A DNA stretch of 64,000 nt. It comes from Salpingoeca rosetta. Its lineage: Eukaryota > Protista > Choanoflagellata. The translations under genes and the position numbers were made by a program. The stretch is from positions 234,704 through 298,703 of the forward strand of contig JAWQFM010000006.1 of the NCBI GenBank assembly GCA_033442325.1. The letters are read 5' to 3'. Of the stretch, positions 1 through 12,505 are shown one piece after another. The first letter of the stretch is position 1. Every line of letters begins with the position of its first letter. The notes below the pieces were generated by a model. The model worked only from the letters and a program-made list of their open reading frames with translations. It ran no database searches and had not been told where the DNA came from.

Positions 1-3000
1 TCTTGACCAGACCAAACAAGTTCGTACACTCCAAACGTCCGCGAATCCACAGATAACCCCGATAGGTGCCCCTTCGAGCCCGTCTCGCACGGGTCGCCTG
101 CCGCTGCCCCGCTCATACCCCGACATCGCACCTGCAGCGGGAAAGCTCCAATAGAATACGCGCACGACCCACCAAACGCGTCGCATTCCTGGTCCGCCTC
201 ATTCCGCGAACTCGTTCAAGTCCTGCAGTCGCTCCCCGTTAACGCAAGCTGCCACTCGCACTCGCAGTAGAAGTGGTACGACCCGGCCAGGTTGCAGCAC
301 AGCCCGGGCGCCTCGTCGCAACCGTTGATATGGCTACTCCGGCACTCGTTCACGTCCTCGCACGCGTGCGCGTCAGCGCCAAGCGCATACCCGGCGTCGC
401 ACCCGCACTAGTAAGAGCCAATCGTGTTGCTGCACACCCCGTGGCTGCCGTCGCACGGGCCAACCCCGCCGTTCTCAGCGCACTCGTCAACGTCCATGCA
501 GCTCAGCCCGTCAGACGCAAGCTCAAACCCGCTCTCGCACGTGCACTCGTACGACCCAGCGGTGTTCACGCACGTCACCGTGGGCAGCGTCGCACTGGTG
601 CNNNNNNNNNNNNNNNNNNNNNNNNNNNNNNNNNNNNNNNNNNNNNNNNNNNNNNNNNNNNNNNNNNNNNNNNNNNNNNNNNNNNNNNNNNNNNNNNNNN
701 NCCCGCCGTGTTGGTGCACGACGCGTTCTCGTCGCACGGGTTGCTGTCCCCGGCACACTCGTCCCGGTCAGCGCACGTGAACCCGTCGCCCGTGTACCCG
801 CTCGCGCAGCTGCAAGCGTACGACCCAGCCGTGTTGGTGCACACCGCGTTCGCGTCGCACTCGTTCAGCTCCGCAGCGCTGCACTCGTTCACGTCCAGGC
901 AGCTGTACCCGTTGCTGCCAAGCTCGTACCCGGCACCGCACCCGCACTCGTACGACCCAACCGTGTTCGTGCACGTCCCAACGTCCGTGTTGCACAGGTT
1001 GTCCTCGTCGCTCGCGCACTCGTCCACGTCCTCGCACGTGTGCCCGTCGCTGCCCAGCTCATACCCGGCATCGCAGCTGCACGTGTACGACCCAATCGTG
1101 TTCGCGCACGAGCCAACAAGCGCGTCGCACTCGTTGTCCGCCTCATCCGCGCACTCGTTCACGTCCTCGCAGTCGCGCCCGTTGGACGCAAGCTGCCACC
1201 CGCTCTCGCAGCTGCACTGGTACGACCCGGCCGTGTTGCTGCACACCCCGTGCGCCTCGTCGCACCCGTTGCTGTCGCTGCTCCGGCACTCGTTCACGTC
1301 CTCGCACGCGTGCGCGTCAGCGCCAAGCGCATACCCGGCGTCGCACCCGCACTCGTAAGAGCCAATCGTGTTGCTGCACACCCCGTGGCTGCCGTCGCAC
1401 GGGCCAACCCCGCCGTTCTCAGCGCACTCGTCAACGTCCACGCAGCTCAGCCCGTCAGACGCAAGCTCAAACCCGCTCTCGCACGTGCACTCGTACGACC
1501 CAGCGGTGTTCACGCACGTCCCGTGCGCAGCGTCGCACTGGTGCGCCAGCGACGCGTCCTCCGTCGTGCACTCGTCAACGTCAGCGCACGTCGCGCCGTC
1601 GCCCTGCCAGCCAGACCGGCACTGGCACGTGAAGCTGCCCGCCGTGTTGGTGCACGACGCGTTCTCGTCGCACGGGTTGCTGTCCCCGGCACACTCGTCC
1701 CGGTCAGCGCACGTGAACCCGTCGCCCGTGTACCCGCTCGCGCAGCTGCAAGCGTACGACCCAGCCGTGTTGGTGCACACCGCGTTCGCGTCGCACTCGT
1801 TCAGCTCCGCAGCGCTGCACTCGTTCACGTCCAGGCAGCTGTACCCGTTGCTGCCAAGCTCGTACCCGGCACCGCACCCGCACTCGTACGACCCAACCGT
1901 GTTCGTGCACGTCCCAACGTCCGTGTTGCACAGGTTGTCCTCGTCGCTCGCGCACTCGTCCACGTCCTCGCACGTGTGCCCGTCGCTGCCCAGCTCATAC
2001 CCGGCATCGCAGCTGCACGTGTACGACCCAATCGTGTTCGCGCACGAGCCAACAAGCGCGTCGCACTCGTTGTCCGCCTCATCCGCGCACTCGTTCACGT
2101 CCTCGCAGTCGCGCCCGTTGGACGCAAGCTGCCACCCGCTCTCGCAGCTGCACTGGTACGACCCGGCCGTGTTGCTGCACACCCCGTGCGCCTCGTCGCA
2201 CCCGTTGCTGTCGCTGCTCCGGCACTCGTTCACGTCCTCGCACGCGTGCGCGTCAGCGCCAAGCGCATACCCGGCGTCGCACCCGCACTCGTAAGAGCCA
2301 ATCGTGTTGCTGCACACCCCGTGGCTGCCGTCGCACGGGCCAACCCCGCCGTTCTCAGCGCACTCGTCAACGTCCACGCAGCTCAGCCCGTCAGACGCAA
2401 GCTCAAACCCGCTCTCGCACGTGCACTCGTACGACCCAGCGGTGTTCACGCACGTCCCGTGCGCAGCGTCGCACTGGTGCGCCAGCGACGCGTCCTCCGT
2501 CGTGCACTCGTCAACGTCAGCGCACGTCGCGCCGTCGCCCTGCCAGCCAGACCGGCACTGGCACGTGAAGCTGCCCGCCGTGTTGGTGCACGACGCGTTC
2601 TCGTCGCACGGGTTGCTGTCCCCGGCACACTCGTCCCGGTCAGCGCACGTGAACCCGTCGCCCGTGTACCCGCTCGCGCAGCTGCAAGCGTACGACCCAG
2701 CCGTGTTGGTGCACACCGCGTTCGCGTCGCACTCGTTCAGCTCCGCAGCGCTGCACTCGTTCACGTCCAGGCAGCTGTACCCGTTGCTGCCAAGCTCGTA
2801 CCCGGCACCGCACCCGCACTCGTACGACCCAACCGTGTTCGTGCACGTCCCAACGTCCGTGTTGCACAGGTTGTCCTCGTCGCTCGCGCACTCGTCCACG
2901 TCCTCGCACGTGTGCCCGTCGCTGCCCAGCTCATACCCGGCATCGCAGCTGCACGTGTACGACCCAATCGTGTTCGCGCACGAGCCAACAAGCGCGTCGC

Positions 3001-5533
3001 ACTCGTTGTCCGCCTCATCCGCGCACTCGTTCACGTCCTCGCAGTCGCGCCCGTTGGACGCAAGCTGCCACCCGCTCTCGCAGCTGCACTGGTACGACCC
3101 GGCCGTGTTGCTGCACACCCCGTGCGCCTCGTCGCACCCGTTGCTGTCGCTGCTCCGGCACTCGTCGATGTCACGGTCACACGTGTACCCGGTAAAGCCC
3201 TGCGAAATATTGAATGTTGTGGAAAGCACTGTTAGTCAGCATCATGAAGGCACAACATATTGTGTTCTTTCTTGTTGCACGTGACCCTTACACCAGCACA
3301 ACAACGCTTTGATTCGCTCTTATTCCACGCAGAAGGCACAATGCATTCTTCCCTTCCCGCTCTTCCGGTGCTTTCTTACCGATGGGCAGTCGCATGTGTA
3401 CCCGCGGTCCGCTGTCTCATCCATCGTGCACGTGCCGCCGTTCTGGCACACGTCGAGGTCGCACGCGGCCTGGCACGAGTCTCCAATGTACCCATTTTGG
3501 CACACGCACTCGCCCGTGTCACCGTCACAGAAGCCGTGCCCGTTGCACTTTGATGCCGGGCAGTAGAACTCGCACTGGTGCGACGCCGAGCCAATGTAGT
3601 CCGTGTCGCAAACGCAGTTTCCTGTGTACACCGAATGAAGCAAAGACGATGGTAAGATGTGAGGTTGGTTCAACAGACGCGGTGTTGGTTAACAGGTCTG
3701 CATGCCTCTCACACGCCAACAGACACAACTGTACTCCAAAGGCAAGTGTGCTTGTGTGCGTGTGTGTGCATGATGCTGGCAGTACCTGTGTCTTGGTCGC
3801 ATGTGCCGTGGCCGTGGCACTTGGATTCGCGCGAGCACTGGAAAGTGCACAACTCGCCACTCCAGCCTTCATCGCAGTCACATTGGCCCGTCAGTGCGTT
3901 GCAATCGCCGTTCTGCAGTATTGTGCGTGTGTGTATGTTTCGCGTTGTGTGAGTACAGGTGCATTTTGAGCCACACGATACAAACCACCGTCGATGTGCA
4001 TCTCACACAAACACAGCAACAAACAGGAGAGAGGGCAAGAGAAGCAAGGTGGGTTGCACTGTGTTTTGATAATATTACCTCGCAGGCGCAGAGTTCGCAG
4101 AGGGTTCCGTAGCGCTGGCCGGGGCACCGGCACACGCGCTCGCCCGTGTCGGCATCGCACTCGCAGCGGCCACCGCCGTTGCAGCTTGGGCAGCGCTTGG
4201 GCTGGCAGTTGCCGTACTTGTCTGGCGCAAAGCAAGGGGCGCACGTGCACTGGCCCGTGTTGACGTCACAGACGCCGTTGCCATCGCACACTTCGCCCTC
4301 GCCCGTGACAGGGTCGATGCCAGGGCAGGCGTTGTCGCAGGACTCGCCCCACCAACCTTCGGCACACACGCACTCGGAGCCGTTGACCCGGCGGTCTGTG
4401 CCCTGGGAGTGGAAGTCGACGTCCACACCCGTGCATGTGTCCGTTGCCGTGGCCACAACGCCGCAGCGCACGGGGCAGTTGTCCTCTTCGTTGATGAAGC
4501 ACGTGTTGACGTTGTTGACAACTTCGCAGTCGCACTGGATCTCCTGGCTGCAGTCGCCGTCAGGACCGCCCCAGCCGCACTCGCACAGGCAGAACCCGCC
4601 CTGGTCGCATGTGCCGTGGCCGCCGCACACCTGCCCGTTTGTGTCGCGCGGGCACTACAGAAAGGAAGACGGGGGGATGTCAGGTTGTCAGTGTGTGAGT
4701 TTGTGGGTTTGTGAGGTGTGTGGGGGGTGTAGGGATGGGCCACAAAGTCAGCAGGAGAGCACATGCGTAAATGAGCATGGTGGTGGTTGCAGTCGAACAC
4801 ACAAGCAGACACGTGGTAAGTGACTGTGTGTGTTTGTGCGTGCGTATAGGAGAGGAAACACGGGCATTCTCACCTGGATGCTGCAGTCATCGCCTGCCCA
4901 TCCTTCGTGGCAGTCGCATGTTGTGGATACGCCCCACACATAGTCGCCGTTACCGCTGCACCAGTCCAGGATTGGGCTGTGCGCAGAGACGGGGCAAGTG
5001 TAATGTTGTGAGTGAGTGTGACGGTGGAAGCGAGAAGGCGCATTGAATCAAAACGAAGCATACGCAATGTGCATGCCTGTGTGTGTAAACACGAGCTCAC
5101 AACTAGCGCGTGTGTGTGCCGCACCTGTTGTAAGCGCTGGGCACGGTGGCGGGTGTGTTTGGTGAGATGACGGGTCCCGGGAGAACGCGGCAGATGGTGT
5201 TGCCTGGCGATGGGATTTGGTAGAACTCAGACGCCTCGCACAGGCCGAGGACGGTTGTGCCGGAGAGGCAGCGGCCGAGGCTGAAGCTCCAGCCGCACCC
5301 GTCTGCATTGAGGCAGGCCTGGCAGTCTGTGTGGGCGGCGCACGATGGGCAGCACGCATCCTCCAGCCAGTTGCCTGCGCACGTCGGCTGTGTTGCAGTT
5401 ATGCGTGTGTGTGTGTTGTGTGTGTGTGTATGTGGTGGTGTGAGCAAGGAAGTTGAATGAAGGGTGGGGGTACATACATGACATAGAGAGCACAAGCATG
5501 TGGCCACCAACGCCTACTCACATACACGTACAT

Positions 5534-5601
<68 letters not shown>

Positions 5602-5958
5602 CCAACAACATGCAGGCGCGCGCACCTCTTCTGAGCGGGCGAGACAGCCGGAAGTGTCACACCAGCCGCACTGGGGGTCGAGAAAGCATTCTCCACATGA
5701 CTGTGCATGTCGCAACCAAAACATCATGTGCACACAAGTTGGTGTGGTGAGCAAAGAAGGAGCAACGGCCTCACAGCAACGGCCTCACACAGGTGGAAGC
5801 CTGGACATGGAACCATGCAGAAACATGTGCACAAGTCTAGGCAAAAACATACACACATATGCAGCAGACACACAAACGCACGCACGCACGCACGCACGCA
5901 CGCATAAGCATACACACACAAACACACACGCACACATCCACAAGCACACACACGCACC

Positions 5959-5995
<37 letters not shown>

Positions 5996-8122
5996 ATCAC
6001 GCATGCATGCATGCCTCCATGTGCACGACGGGGCAATCAAGCACCTTGTCCCTGCAGTAGTCGTTGCAGGTGAAGGCGGAGACCTCCACGCCGTTTGCCA
6101 GCACCTCTGCGGCGTCCAAGTCCAGGAAGGACATGTCAAACGTGTCTGGGTTGAAGTTGCCGACGCGGAAGTTGTAGATGTGGTCAACGACGTCATACTT
6201 GAAGTTGAACCGCCAGTTGGAGCGTGGGAGCTTGCCAAGCACGAAACCATCCGTGCAGCACGACGCCTGGAAGTGTTGCATGCATTCGTGTTGATGGAAC
6301 AGTCGGAGTGTGCAGGTGAGGTTGATTCTATGAGTGCGAGCGTACGTCGTTGCTCAACAGCACTTGTTATTTTGAAGAAGTGCGCGAGCATACAATCAAC
6401 AAGCACCCATTTCAGCAGCACACTTGACACGCATCCATTTGGAGGCCCTAACCCAGATTTGGTTGAAGTAGCCGGTCATGGTGTTTGGATCGAAGGTGTA
6501 GCAATCGGATGTGCTCTGCAGGAGACGAGGTGATGGTGGCGTTTGGTGTGATGATGTGACGATGTGACAGGCATGATGATGTTTGGTTGGATGTGTGAGT
6601 CAGGGTTGAGCATACGCGCCATTGGGGGAAGGCAGTTGGTCGCGGCGTGCGACTGCGGCAGTGTTTGGGTTGTGACAAGACACATCAAAGCAGGCCAGAG
6701 CAGAGCAGAAAAGATGATCATGTTCCTCTTACCGTTGATCGCTCGCAGGTGCTTCGGTCCCTGTATCGTCCTGGATCATCTCGGAGCACGAGGTCCACGC
6801 CCGTGCCAATGAGATCTGTCACAGGCAACAGCGTGGGGTGCAAGGAAACCTTCACGTGAGCGTTTGTTGAGTGGTGTTTTGAGACACCTGCGAGGACAAC
6901 GATGCGTGTACTGCCATGCACACGTCCAAGCACCCAAGTTCAAGCACTCAGGCTCATGCACACAAGTTCGTGCGCACTCTCTTGCATGCAAGCAAACAGA
7001 TGGCTGTGTTACCTGGGGCATCGAGTTCGATGTTGATTTGGCCGCCAGATCCATCGCCGGCCTTGTCGTGAACGACAACGAACGAGACCTCGCCAGCATC
7101 GTCCACAACAAAGTAGAGCAAGTCCGTGTTCTGTTTAAGGTGGTGAGCGGGCGGATTTCAGGATGTTGAGCGAACGAATGAGTGCCGAAAGTGTTTGCGT
7201 GCACAAACACAAGCACGCACTGGCAGCAACGCGTTCAGCACATGCCCATGCACAAACAAACAAACAAACACACACACACACACACAAACATAAACACACA
7301 CACACACACACAAGCGTGCATGCACGAGCTCACGCACAGGTTGTTCAAAGCCAGTGTTGCTCGAGTCGCTGTAAGGTGCATTGTACGCCTGTGGAGCAAG
7401 TAGGCAATAAAGGGGTGACGGGTGCAGCCAATCGCATGTGAGAGACGGAAGGATGGGATAGGTCAAGAGTTCAAGGGCAAGTGCCTCGTGCGCTTTGTTT
7501 CAACTTGCACGGAAGCCGTTATCAGTTCATGGTGGGGTGATTCTGGCTTACGTAGAACGCTTCGCCGCCAGACACGTGGCTGCACCACGCCTCCCATGGA
7601 ATGCCATACACACTCCATCGGGCATCGTGTGGAATTGGATCGCCTGCAGGTTGGAGCGCATTGTTGAAGAAGACGATGCAGCAAGCAAGAGAGAAGGGGG
7701 AGTGGGAGAGCGGAATGTGAGCGGCAGAGAGAGATAGAGATAGAGACAGGCACACACGCAAACAAGCGCGAACACACACACACACATATACACACATGCA
7801 CACATGCACACACACTCACACGCATGCGTGGCTGACCTTCTTGCTTGCCGCCGCAGTACTGCTCTGTGACCAGGGCGTGTTGTGCGGGAAAAGCAGAGAC
7901 AGGGCGAACGACGTGCCGCCGGTACGTGCTGCCAACGCCCCAGGCAACTTGGTAGCACAGCTCAACGCCGTCGTTACTGCCGCTGTCATCGTCGTCGTCG
8001 TCGTGGTGGTGATTTGCATATGTGGGTCTTGTGTTGCACAAGAGCATCATCAGAACGAGGGCGCTGATGATTGTGCAGCAGAGACGCAGCCGGCGTGGCT
8101 TGGATGACGCAAGGTCAGCCAT
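1..8122 (-). CDS. Large secreted/cell-surface protein: signal peptide, unknown N-terminal beta-rich domain, PSI-like domains, tenascin-type EGF repeats, then a long calcium-binding EGF array (fibrillin-like stalk); 3' end outside the window or across the gap
   Basis: ATG at 8122 ([36 protein letters not shown], signal peptide-like). Multiple GT-AG exons. PSI-like motifs [19 protein letters not shown] and [25 protein letters not shown] motifs [21 protein letters not shown]. Exon 3199-702 encodes DVNEC...C-x-NT-x-GSY-x-C-x-C cbEGF repeats. Confidence 0.9.
602..701. other. Assembly gap (100 N) inside the EGF tandem array
   Basis: Run of N flanked by repeat-unit sequence on both sides. Confidence 0.99.
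702..3165 (-). repeat. Coding tandem repeat, 936-bp unit (312 aa, 7 cbEGF domains), about 2.6 near-identical copies, plus a further partial copy at 1-601
   Basis: Identical ORFs recur at a 936-bp offset (1368/2304; 768/1704/2640; 889/1825/2761). Confidence 0.95.
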
Positions 8123-9298
8123 GGTGCTGCTGTTGTGTGTGGACAAGCAGGCGCGTGTGCCCCGTGCTGTATGCTGGTTGGTGTTGCTGTTCTGGATTGC
8201 TCGTTTACACCTTCAGATGGGATGAAAAGACCCTCGCTGGGGCTGCTTTCTTGGTGGTGATGATGATGGAAGGTGTCGGTACTTGGCTCAGGTGCTGAAA
8301 GTGCTGATGTTGCGCGGTGGCGGTGGCTGTCGTGACGCTGACTGAACGTCAATCGATGACAACGATCTGCCACCACTGAGGATAAGTGTCAATGAGAAGA
8401 GGGGGATAATTATCGACAACGCGTTTGAGTTGGTTGGCACCGCAAGGTCGGCGTCACAAGCAATCAGGCCCGCCTGTGTTTTTGTGCGTGCGTGTGTGAT
8501 CGAAACACGCCAACACGGGCTCTTGGAGGCGATCAAGGTTGATGGGATGAGGTGAAGAGATTGTCGTGTCTTGCGTGTGTCTTTGTATATCGTGTGGCTT
8601 TGCTTGTGGGTGGAGGTGGGTGTTTATGGGAGTCTTTGTCTTTGTGTATGTGTGTGTGGGTTGGCAAGCGAAACGTGTTTGGTTTGTGTGTTTGGCTGAT
8701 GTCGGTGTGGTGGGTGGTGTGTGTGTGTGTGTGTGCGCGCGCGTATCTTACGTTCTTGGTGTTGCTGGAAGGGGGAAGGAGAGCTCGAGGTTCCTCCGCG
8801 TTCCGCGATTTGCACGGGCTGGAATGTGTAAATGCAATGCGCTACCACGTTTTCGTGTGGTTGGGGCCAAAGGTGCAAAGAGGAGAAAGCGGCAGCTGTG
8901 GTGGTGGTGGTGTTGTGTTGATGATTATTCCAGCCACATCAACAAGCGCCGTGGTTGCTCTTTGCTTTGGATGCCGTGAAAAATGTGTGCGAGTTGTGTG
9001 GCGTCGCACAAGGCGAATCCGTTGGCGATGCTGTTGGGATCGTGTTGTGCCCGTCAGCGCAGGCCATTGTCAGGCAAGAACGTCGGCATCGCTCGCTTCA
9101 CTTGCTGTTGGCTGTCTGCTGTTGTGCTCTTCATCATGCCAAACCGCACCCATCGTGTTTTGGCTCGATGTGCGTGTTCGAAGCGTTCGTCAGGCAGGCG
9201 TGCATTGAAAAATATGCGAAGATTCGAACAATTGTCGTTATAACCATGTCCGGATTTGCAACGGTCCGCTGACAAACGTCTCTCAATCAAACGTCATC

Positions 9299-9613
9299 AT
9301 GCCGCAGCGGAGGAGGAAGGAGAGGCGGCAGGAAAGCAGCCCACGCCAACGCCAGCAACGGCGTGAAGAGGGTGGTGGTGGTGGCGGTGTGGTGGTGGGC
9401 GGCCTAGGCCTGCACCACGTTGTTGTTGTTGTTGTTGTGGCGGTGGCTGTTGCAGTCGTGTTTGCGGTTGTGATGTTTGGGGGCTTTAGTAGTGAAGAGA
9501 AAGATGTGTGGCCGCTGCGGGAAGTGGAACACACGAACAGTTCCCGCAAGCCCCACACCGACAACATCAAAACCGACAACATCAACACCAACAGCAGCAG
9601 CAGCAGCAGCAGC

Positions 9614-9647
<34 letters not shown>

Positions 9648-9906
9648 CCAACAACAGAGCCTTTGTGTTTGTCAAGCCACATGCATGTGGCACAGAGTCA
9701 AGCGTGGTTGGTGCTGTGCGAGATGCGCTTGAGAGGCAACACGTGTTCGTACGACAAGAGGGTGCCATCGCCTCCGAGTACATGGCCGCTCACGGCCTTG
9801 TGGACACACACTACTCCGCCATCTCAACCCTCGCGCTGGTGAGCCGGAAAGCAGCAGTGTACATGTGTGTGTGTGGAGGAGGGGGGTGTCAGTCTGTCTG
9901 TGTGTG

Positions 9907-9975
<69 letters not shown>

Positions 9976-11258
9976 CTGCGTGTGGTTGTGTTGTTGTTTG
10001 TGCTCGTGCATGCGGCGTATACGCTGTCATATTCTTTGTCGTTCTCTGACATGAATTTGTGTGTGTATGTGTATGTATTTGCTTCTCTATGATAGGCTCA
10101 CCAACTGCCAACTGGGGAAGCGGTGTCCGTGGAAACAAAGCGGCGATTCCAAGCAGCCTTCAGCCTGGACTGGGACGAGGCTGTCGCTGATGGACACCTG
10201 ATCAGCGCTGCTCAGGCAGTCGAGGTGCGGCACAACACTCGGCCCTATTTCATGCACGCTGTCCTGCATTGTGGCGTGAACTTTGCTCATGTGTATGTGC
10301 ATGCGTGCGTGTTGATGTGTTGTTGCAACACACTCACGAGGGTTTTGCCTCTCGCATGTCTCATTCCTTGCTTGAAAGGCGTTTGGCATCTCTCCAGTCG
10401 AGCTTGGAACCCGGTGGGACGACTTGCAGCGGTGAGATCGCACCCGCGTATTGGCTAACGCCCCTCTGTCGCTCTGGTGTGCATGTGTTCACCGTTGAAC
10501 TGCTGGCGTATCTCGAGATCACCACAATCTCCACGACTCACGTGCTCCCTGCGTTCCCATCCCTCGCCTTGTCTCCCACACATGGCTGTGCATGCGCGCA
10601 GTGAAGGGCTGACCGTGAAACTTGGAAGCGGCATCTCTGCACTGGTGATGACAGGGTCCACCATTGTCATCAACGGTGAGGGTGACACGCTGCAAGAAAT
10701 GTTGTGTGCCATGCGTCGTTCACACGGTGCACAAGCAACAGCACCTCGCTGGTGTTGCCAGTGCACACGTTATCTGTTCTCGGTTTTGTTCTCGGCCGTG
10801 CTCGGCAGCACCCCCATTGCACGTTGCCGCCCCCCCCCCACCACCACCACGCTCACATGGTTGGAACGGGTGATTGCGAACAGGATTTTACTTTGGGATG
10901 CGCCAGCCATACCTGGAGGAAGGTGCACGGATATACTTTTTTGACGTGGAGTGGGACCCAGCACACATGTCGTGGAAGGTGCGTACGCAACTGCAAGCAC
11001 CGTCTGTGGTTGGCCTGTGCTGTTCGTGGAGGGGAAATTGCCCCGAACACATCCAAGAGCAAGTGGCACCAGCGCGGCACATCCTAGCAAGTCTAACTCC
11101 CACAACGCGTCCTGCTGACTTGGCGTCTTCAGCAATTCCGAATGGACTTTATCGGCGTCACAGACCCACAACGTGCGCGTCCGGGATCTCTTCGTCGTGT
11201 CATCTTTGAAAACTGGGCGGCACTCCGCCTCCCTTTCCAACCAACAATCGGAGACAAC

Positions 11259-11312
<54 letters not shown>

Positions 11313-11426
11313 TGTGTGTGTGTCGTGTCAGTGTGTGTGTGTGTGTGTGTGTGTCGTGTCAGTGTGTGTGTGTGTCGTGTCAGTGTGTGTGTGTGTGAGT
11401 GTGTGTGTGTGTGTGTGAGAGAGAGA

Positions 11427-11497
<71 letters not shown>

Positions 11498-12092
11498 GTG
11501 TGTCGTGCGTCGTGTGAAGAAGCACAGTTTTTGATGTCGTCTCGTTGATACTGCCACACCTGCACATCTCCGTTGTGTTGCGCTGTGATGTGACACCAGC
11601 CTTGCCCTCACTCACATAGTCAATATTATCGTTTTCTTGCTTTGTTGGGCAGGGGTGCATGCGAGCGCCAGTCCGTTGGAAGCGCTCGCAGAGAGGCGAA
11701 ACTGGCTCAGAGCGGCTGATGAAGTACGCGGGAAGCGCGAACCAAAACCGAGTCAACCATCTCTTCCTCGTGGCCGTAAACACAAACGGGGCAGCGAGAA
11801 CAGTGGTGCAGCTTCGACACGTGCACTTGACGAACAGCACGACGAATTTGTTGCCCTTCTCCGCCAGCAAGGGCTGACAGCTTCAACCATTGAGCATGCA
11901 TTGTGCAATCCCGTTGTACAGATCCGAAACACTCCAGATGCACAGCAAGATGCAGGTGGCACTCACAGCAGCACCCAGACCCGCGCCCGCCTGTTCGACT
12001 TGGTGGAGGACTTGGACGCGCTGCAATGTGTGCATGAAATCGCTCGACATCTGCTCTCGTGGCAGGAGAGCCACAAGCACGATGAAGTGTGA
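9299..12092 (+). CDS. Atypical nucleoside-diphosphate-kinase-like protein (protist type) with an N-terminal transmembrane segment
   Basis: Spliced exons give RAFVFVKPHA...LVDTHYSAIS, RFQAAFSLDWDEAV, TVKLGSG, NGFYFGMRQPY...IYFFDVEWDP..MSWK, FRMDFIGVTDPQRARPGSLR..IFENW..L.LPFQPTIGDN/GVHASASPLEALAERRNWL. These correspond to the NDK FxxxKP motif, Kpn loop and NxxHxS motif. A Val/Ala-rich hydrophobic run lies at 9418-9480. Confidence 0.8.
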
Positions 12093-12505
12093 AGGGACGA
12101 GGACTGAATAATAAGACGGGCAAGCGCACCAAGAAGAACACAAGAGCAAACACAGCCGTACGGGCGAGGAGCAAGCCACAAAGAAACCAAATCGTGTGGA
12201 AGTGTGAAGCACTTGCCGAGAGCGCTCATAAACGCTCGCACAACACAGCTCTTTGGAACCGAGCACCAGCGCAATACAACACCGCAATACCTCGATCATG
12301 TGTCACTTGATTGGAGTTACAATGGTTGTTTGGGGGGAGGGGTTTATTACAACATAAAACACGCCATTGACAGATGCAACCACAGGACATTGCATTGCGG
12401 AACAGCAAGCAAGGCGGGTTTCAACCACACACACAGACGCACACACACAGACACACAGACACACAGACACACACTTCAACACACATCCTAGCACCACGTC
12501 AGGGC

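Noticed and set aside
1-601. Degenerate EGF repeat copy with a stop (408-410) and indels, suggesting a pseudogene or diversified cassette
   Set aside because: Divergence increases towards position 1 and the segment sits next to an N gap. This pattern is typical of a low-quality single-read contig end.
702-3165. Regular repeats as a CRISPR array or transposon
   Set aside because: The units are contiguous in-frame coding repeats with no spacers, cas genes or terminal repeats.
1040-3284. Long plus-strand ORFs (731, 308 and 326 aa) over the EGF array
   Set aside because: Antisense shadows of a GC-rich repetitive CDS with no domain features.
7522-7550. In-frame TGA after [12 protein letters not shown] as possible readthrough or selenocysteine
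   Set aside because: A canonical donor (TAC|GTAAGC) precedes it, so the TGA is intronic.
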